This document shows, piece by piece, positions 58,950 to 64,000 of a DNA stretch of 64,000 bases (the stretch's first letter is position 1; the number at the start of each line of letters is the position of its first letter). The DNA is from the human T2T-CHM13v2.0 reference genome, Homo sapiens: NCBI RefSeq assembly GCF_009914755.1, contig NC_060941.1. One strand, 5' to 3'. The notes under the pieces are model-generated. The model was not told where the DNA came from. It did no database searches and was given only the letters and a program-made list of their open reading frames with translations. The position numbers were made by a program, and so were the translations under genes.

Positions 58950-60197
58950 CTCAAAGTAACAAAGTTGAGTTTCAAACACAGGTCCCCAAATTCTAAGTCC
59001 TGGACTCTTTCCATGGGCCCTCTTAAAAGTTTTACATAGTCCCATTGCTTTTTCATTCTAATTATTATTCATGCATGTGCACTGAGTTATTTCTTTAGCT
59101 TCTATTTTTCTTTATCACTGATGCCATTATTTAAGCACTGGAATTTCCCAGATTGCCAGTACATGGTCATTTATTTAGTGTGACACAAAGCTATTGATTA
59201 GTGAGATTGGACCTAGGACCAACCCAGGTCTCTGTAGTAAGAAGGGTAGAGTAGTTATTTTATGGAGTTGTCCCAGCATATGGGAAAAATGTAAACTTTT
59301 ACGTTAAAAAGTTTAATACATTCTTTGCATTAATATTATTACTATGAAGTTGATATTTAAGAAATTATCTGGAAATAATATGGATTCTATGAGCTTTTAG
59401 GGTCTATCATGAAAGAAAGGTAGGGATCAAAGTCTGTGGTTGGTGGGTAGGCTGGAAACTGGTGCACGTGGTGAGTATAAGAGCAGGGAGCCTGGCAGAG
59501 CTTAAAATAGACTTACTAGCCAAATGTCAGCATGCATGAGCTAAGGCCTGTGCACAGAGAATTAAACCATGTGTCTGGTAACAAGGAACTTCTGTGCTGA
59601 AAATTTATTAATCAATATTTACTCAACTTTAAAAATTGCTATTGTCTCACTCTTAGTATTCACACCAGAGCAATACAGTAAATTAAATGCATCTTCAATT
59701 ATTCAAAGCTGCTTCTGAAGAATTACTACACCTAAATATTGTGTTTTAATGAACCGTACTTAATTTTTGCACGGTCAAGTGACTGTCTGTGTTACATCTT
59801 CCTCCCAGGGGTCTGAGACAGTCTGTCTGGTGCTGCAGGAGACACATGGTTTCAAATGTCATCCTGAAACCCCCCATACGCCCATCCTTCTGCTTTCCTG
59901 CTAAGCCAGGCTGAGTAATATTCTTTTTATTTACTGCATAAGGTTCTAGAAGGTGAGCTGGAAAGGGGAGGAAGATGCTGCCATTAGTTACCAAATTGGC
60001 AGATCTTTACCTAGAAGAGATGAAATAAAAGTCTGGAAACGGTGACATCTAGTCTGTGCTCTCAGGCTGCAGAGAGGGGAAGAAACAACAGAATCATACC
60101 CTCTCCAGGAATTTAAGTCCCTAAACATGGACATCCAAGTCTAGGAATGGGAAGAAAGTTAGGAAGAAAAAAATGGCACAGTTCAAAGTCAGCACAC

Positions 60198-60707
<510 letters not shown>

Positions 60708-60911
60708 TGAGGACCCCTGAAGGCTCCTTCTTTTTTCCTCTCAGGGTTTCACACAGGTACAGAGGTTCTCCTGGGTAGGCCAGGGGAGAAGCCACAACTT
60801 TAGCTCAGAGTTAGGTTTTGGGTCCTTTTTGCCTACCTCTATTGGGGCCTAAGTATACAACTGTTATTAGCCAGGGTTACATTGAAGATATTTCACCTTT
60901 TTCTCCCATAA

Positions 60912-61254
<343 letters not shown>

Positions 61255-61467
61255 TATCCAATTAATTTTATTTATTGTCTGTCTGTCCGCTACTAGAATC
61301 CAAGCTCCGCAGGGCCAGCTTCTTGATTGTTTTGTTCACTAATGAATTCCTCAGTACCTCCTACATAAACATCTGTTGAATAAATTGTATGAATTAATGA
61401 GTGGCTAACCATACCCGTGTATCACTGCGTATCCTCACGACTTGGACAGTCATCCTTCCTGACACCA

Positions 61468-61830
61468 TTGCATTAGCTGGAATGGGTTAGGTCATGCTGC
61501 AGAAAAGTTAGCTCTGAAACCTCAGGGGTTTCATACAGCTAAGGTTTACTTTTCATTCATGGCTATGTGTCCAAACTCAGCTAGCAGTGGGGGTCAAACT
61601 GACAGTCACTCGGGGGCCTAAAGTGATAATATTCTGCATCTAGAATGTTGCTGGTCACTGCAGGACCAGGACAGACAGCCAGAGGGCCACACACCAGCTT
61701 TTCTAAGCTTTAGCCCAGAAGGGACGCAAGTCATTTTTGCCCATAGCTGATTACCTCAAACTAGTCTTATAGTTCCTGTCTAACTTCAAGGAGTGGCTGG
61801 GAGGTGTGGAGGAATGGATGGAAAACTGAG
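61468..61830 (-). mobile_element. Old MLT1 (K/L-like) LTR
   Basis: gggttaggtcatgctgcag; gcccagaagggacgcaagtcatttttgccc. Confidence 0.55.
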
Positions 61831-62065
61831 GGAGCAGCGCTCTCTGCCCCATACCCATGCAAGCCCATTCACACCCACTCACATACATTCACACCAATCA
61901 CACCCATTCACACTTATGGATACCCATTCATGTCCACCAATGCACAGTCTCACCCACAGCCATCGGTCCTCACCCTTAACTTCTCTTGCTCACTCAGACC
62001 CAACCATCTGTGCAAAACCCAACTGATGCCCCAAGCTAACCTCCCATCCACTGTTCCACCTATGC

Positions 62066-62092
62066 CATGATATTATATCTATAGCTATAGAT

Positions 62093-62139
<47 letters not shown>

Positions 62140-62719
62140 TGGTTTTTGCCTACCGGTCCTGGCTTATAACTCCCATAGCCCTTACTACAGTCTTTAGCTA
62201 TATGGTGGGGCACTTTAGGCCTCAGAAACAGAATCTCTCTCTCTGACCTTCCCCCGTCCTCCTTTCACCAGCCAGGGAGGGCATGGAAGCTCCACGCCCC
62301 TTCCCCCATATGGTTGCAGCTCTTCATCTGTATCCTTTGTACAATAAACAAGTATGCAGAATTCAGTGTTCCTGGAGTTCTACGAGCTGCTGTAGCAAAT
62401 TAATCAAACGCAAGGAGGAGGCTGTGGGATCCCAGTTGGTCAGAAGCATAGGTAAAACAACCCAGGGCTGGCAATTGGCATCAGAATTGGGGGGAAGTCT
62501 TGGGGACTGAGCCCTAAACCTGTGGGATCTGATGGTGCTTTCAGGTAGATGGTGTCAGAATTGAATTGGAGGACACCCAGCTGGTGTCCACTACAGAAGC
62601 GATGGCTTGCTTGGTGTGTGGGGAAAATCCCCTACTCCTTTGGTCACAGAAGTTTTCTGGGTTGATTGTTGTGTTGTGAGAGAAGAGGAAAAACATTTTG
62701 AGTTTTTTCCATTCAGACA
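62066..62719 (+). mobile_element. MER21 family solo LTR
   Basis: ggagggcatggaagctcc; tgtagcaaattaatcaaac; gggactgagccctaaacctgtgggatctga; ggacacccagctggtgtcc. Confidence 0.8.
62093..62139. repeat. (GATA)11 tetranucleotide STR
   Basis: 11 perfect GATA units plus GAT. Confidence 0.97.
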
Positions 62720-62972
62720 TACCTGTTCTGTTTATTCATGGCCTACCACATCTAATTGTGCAGACTCCATTCGTCTTGTTTCTTCCAAATCAAATTTCCC
62801 TTTGGCAATAAAGGGCTCTCTGGATGCAGCGCTGGATGTCATCTTTCAGGATATGAGAAAATCTTTGTTATGTTAAAAAATGTTATGGATTTCCACATGT
62901 TAGCAGCAATGTTCATAGTACTTATTGGCTGAGCAAATACTCAATGTTGAAAAAGCTACCGTGAATTCGGTA

Positions 62973-63303
<331 letters not shown>

Positions 63304-63582
63304 TAAGCATGCAGTTTGTGCAGGTTGCAGACAAAGCTTGGCACACATATGGATTCAAGGATCCTTTGCAATGGTGCCACGGCCTGTGAGTTGGAAGCCA
63401 TTAAGGTAGAATAGTGCTAATGAGCAGGACAGCAAAGTCCAGGGAGGTTTTCACTTCTCCTCTCGCTTGCTGGCAGAGGAAAGTGGACCTAACGGCATGA
63501 ATCAAATGTCTTTGCTCTAATAGTGCCTGATTATTTTCTGTAAGCCTCTGTCAATACTACGCTTCAGCTTAACTGCAGTGGG

Positions 63583-63942
<360 letters not shown>

Positions 63943-64000
63943 TCATGGACAAATCCCATTTGCAATATAAACCTCTGCTTGCAACTAATAGAAACTGATA

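Overview
This is a great-ape (most likely human) euchromatic window, intergenic or deep intronic, and I found no credible protein-coding exon in it. Roughly half of it is recognisable interspersed repeat: about 25 Alus, many MIR and L2 fragments, old and primate L1s, solo LTRs (MaLR, ERV1, ERVL), DNA transposons (Tigger4a, MER1B, MER53, HSMAR1) and one full-length SVA. The only gene-derived sequence is a processed NIPSNAP1 pseudogene (about 44440-46432). It lies beside a four-layer nest of old L1 > HSMAR1 mariner > L1PB1 > MLT2A LTR. The ORF-track entries are repeat-derived, pseudogene-derived or appear to be chance ORFs. I did not find a convincing new biological system. The most unusual features read directly from the sequence are: (1) a two-donor templated insertion with a 10-bp flanking duplication inside a MIR; (2) an Alu and then an SVA using the same target site; (3) a double-hairpin scar replacing the left HSMAR1 end; (4) an open ORF covering the HSMAR1 DNA-binding domain; (5) a 24-bp-period minisatellite; and (6) several motif-rich unique blocks that may be enhancers. 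Repeat family and subfamily names come from recalled consensus sequences and need RepeatMasker/Dfam confirmation. Boundaries of old elements are approximate.
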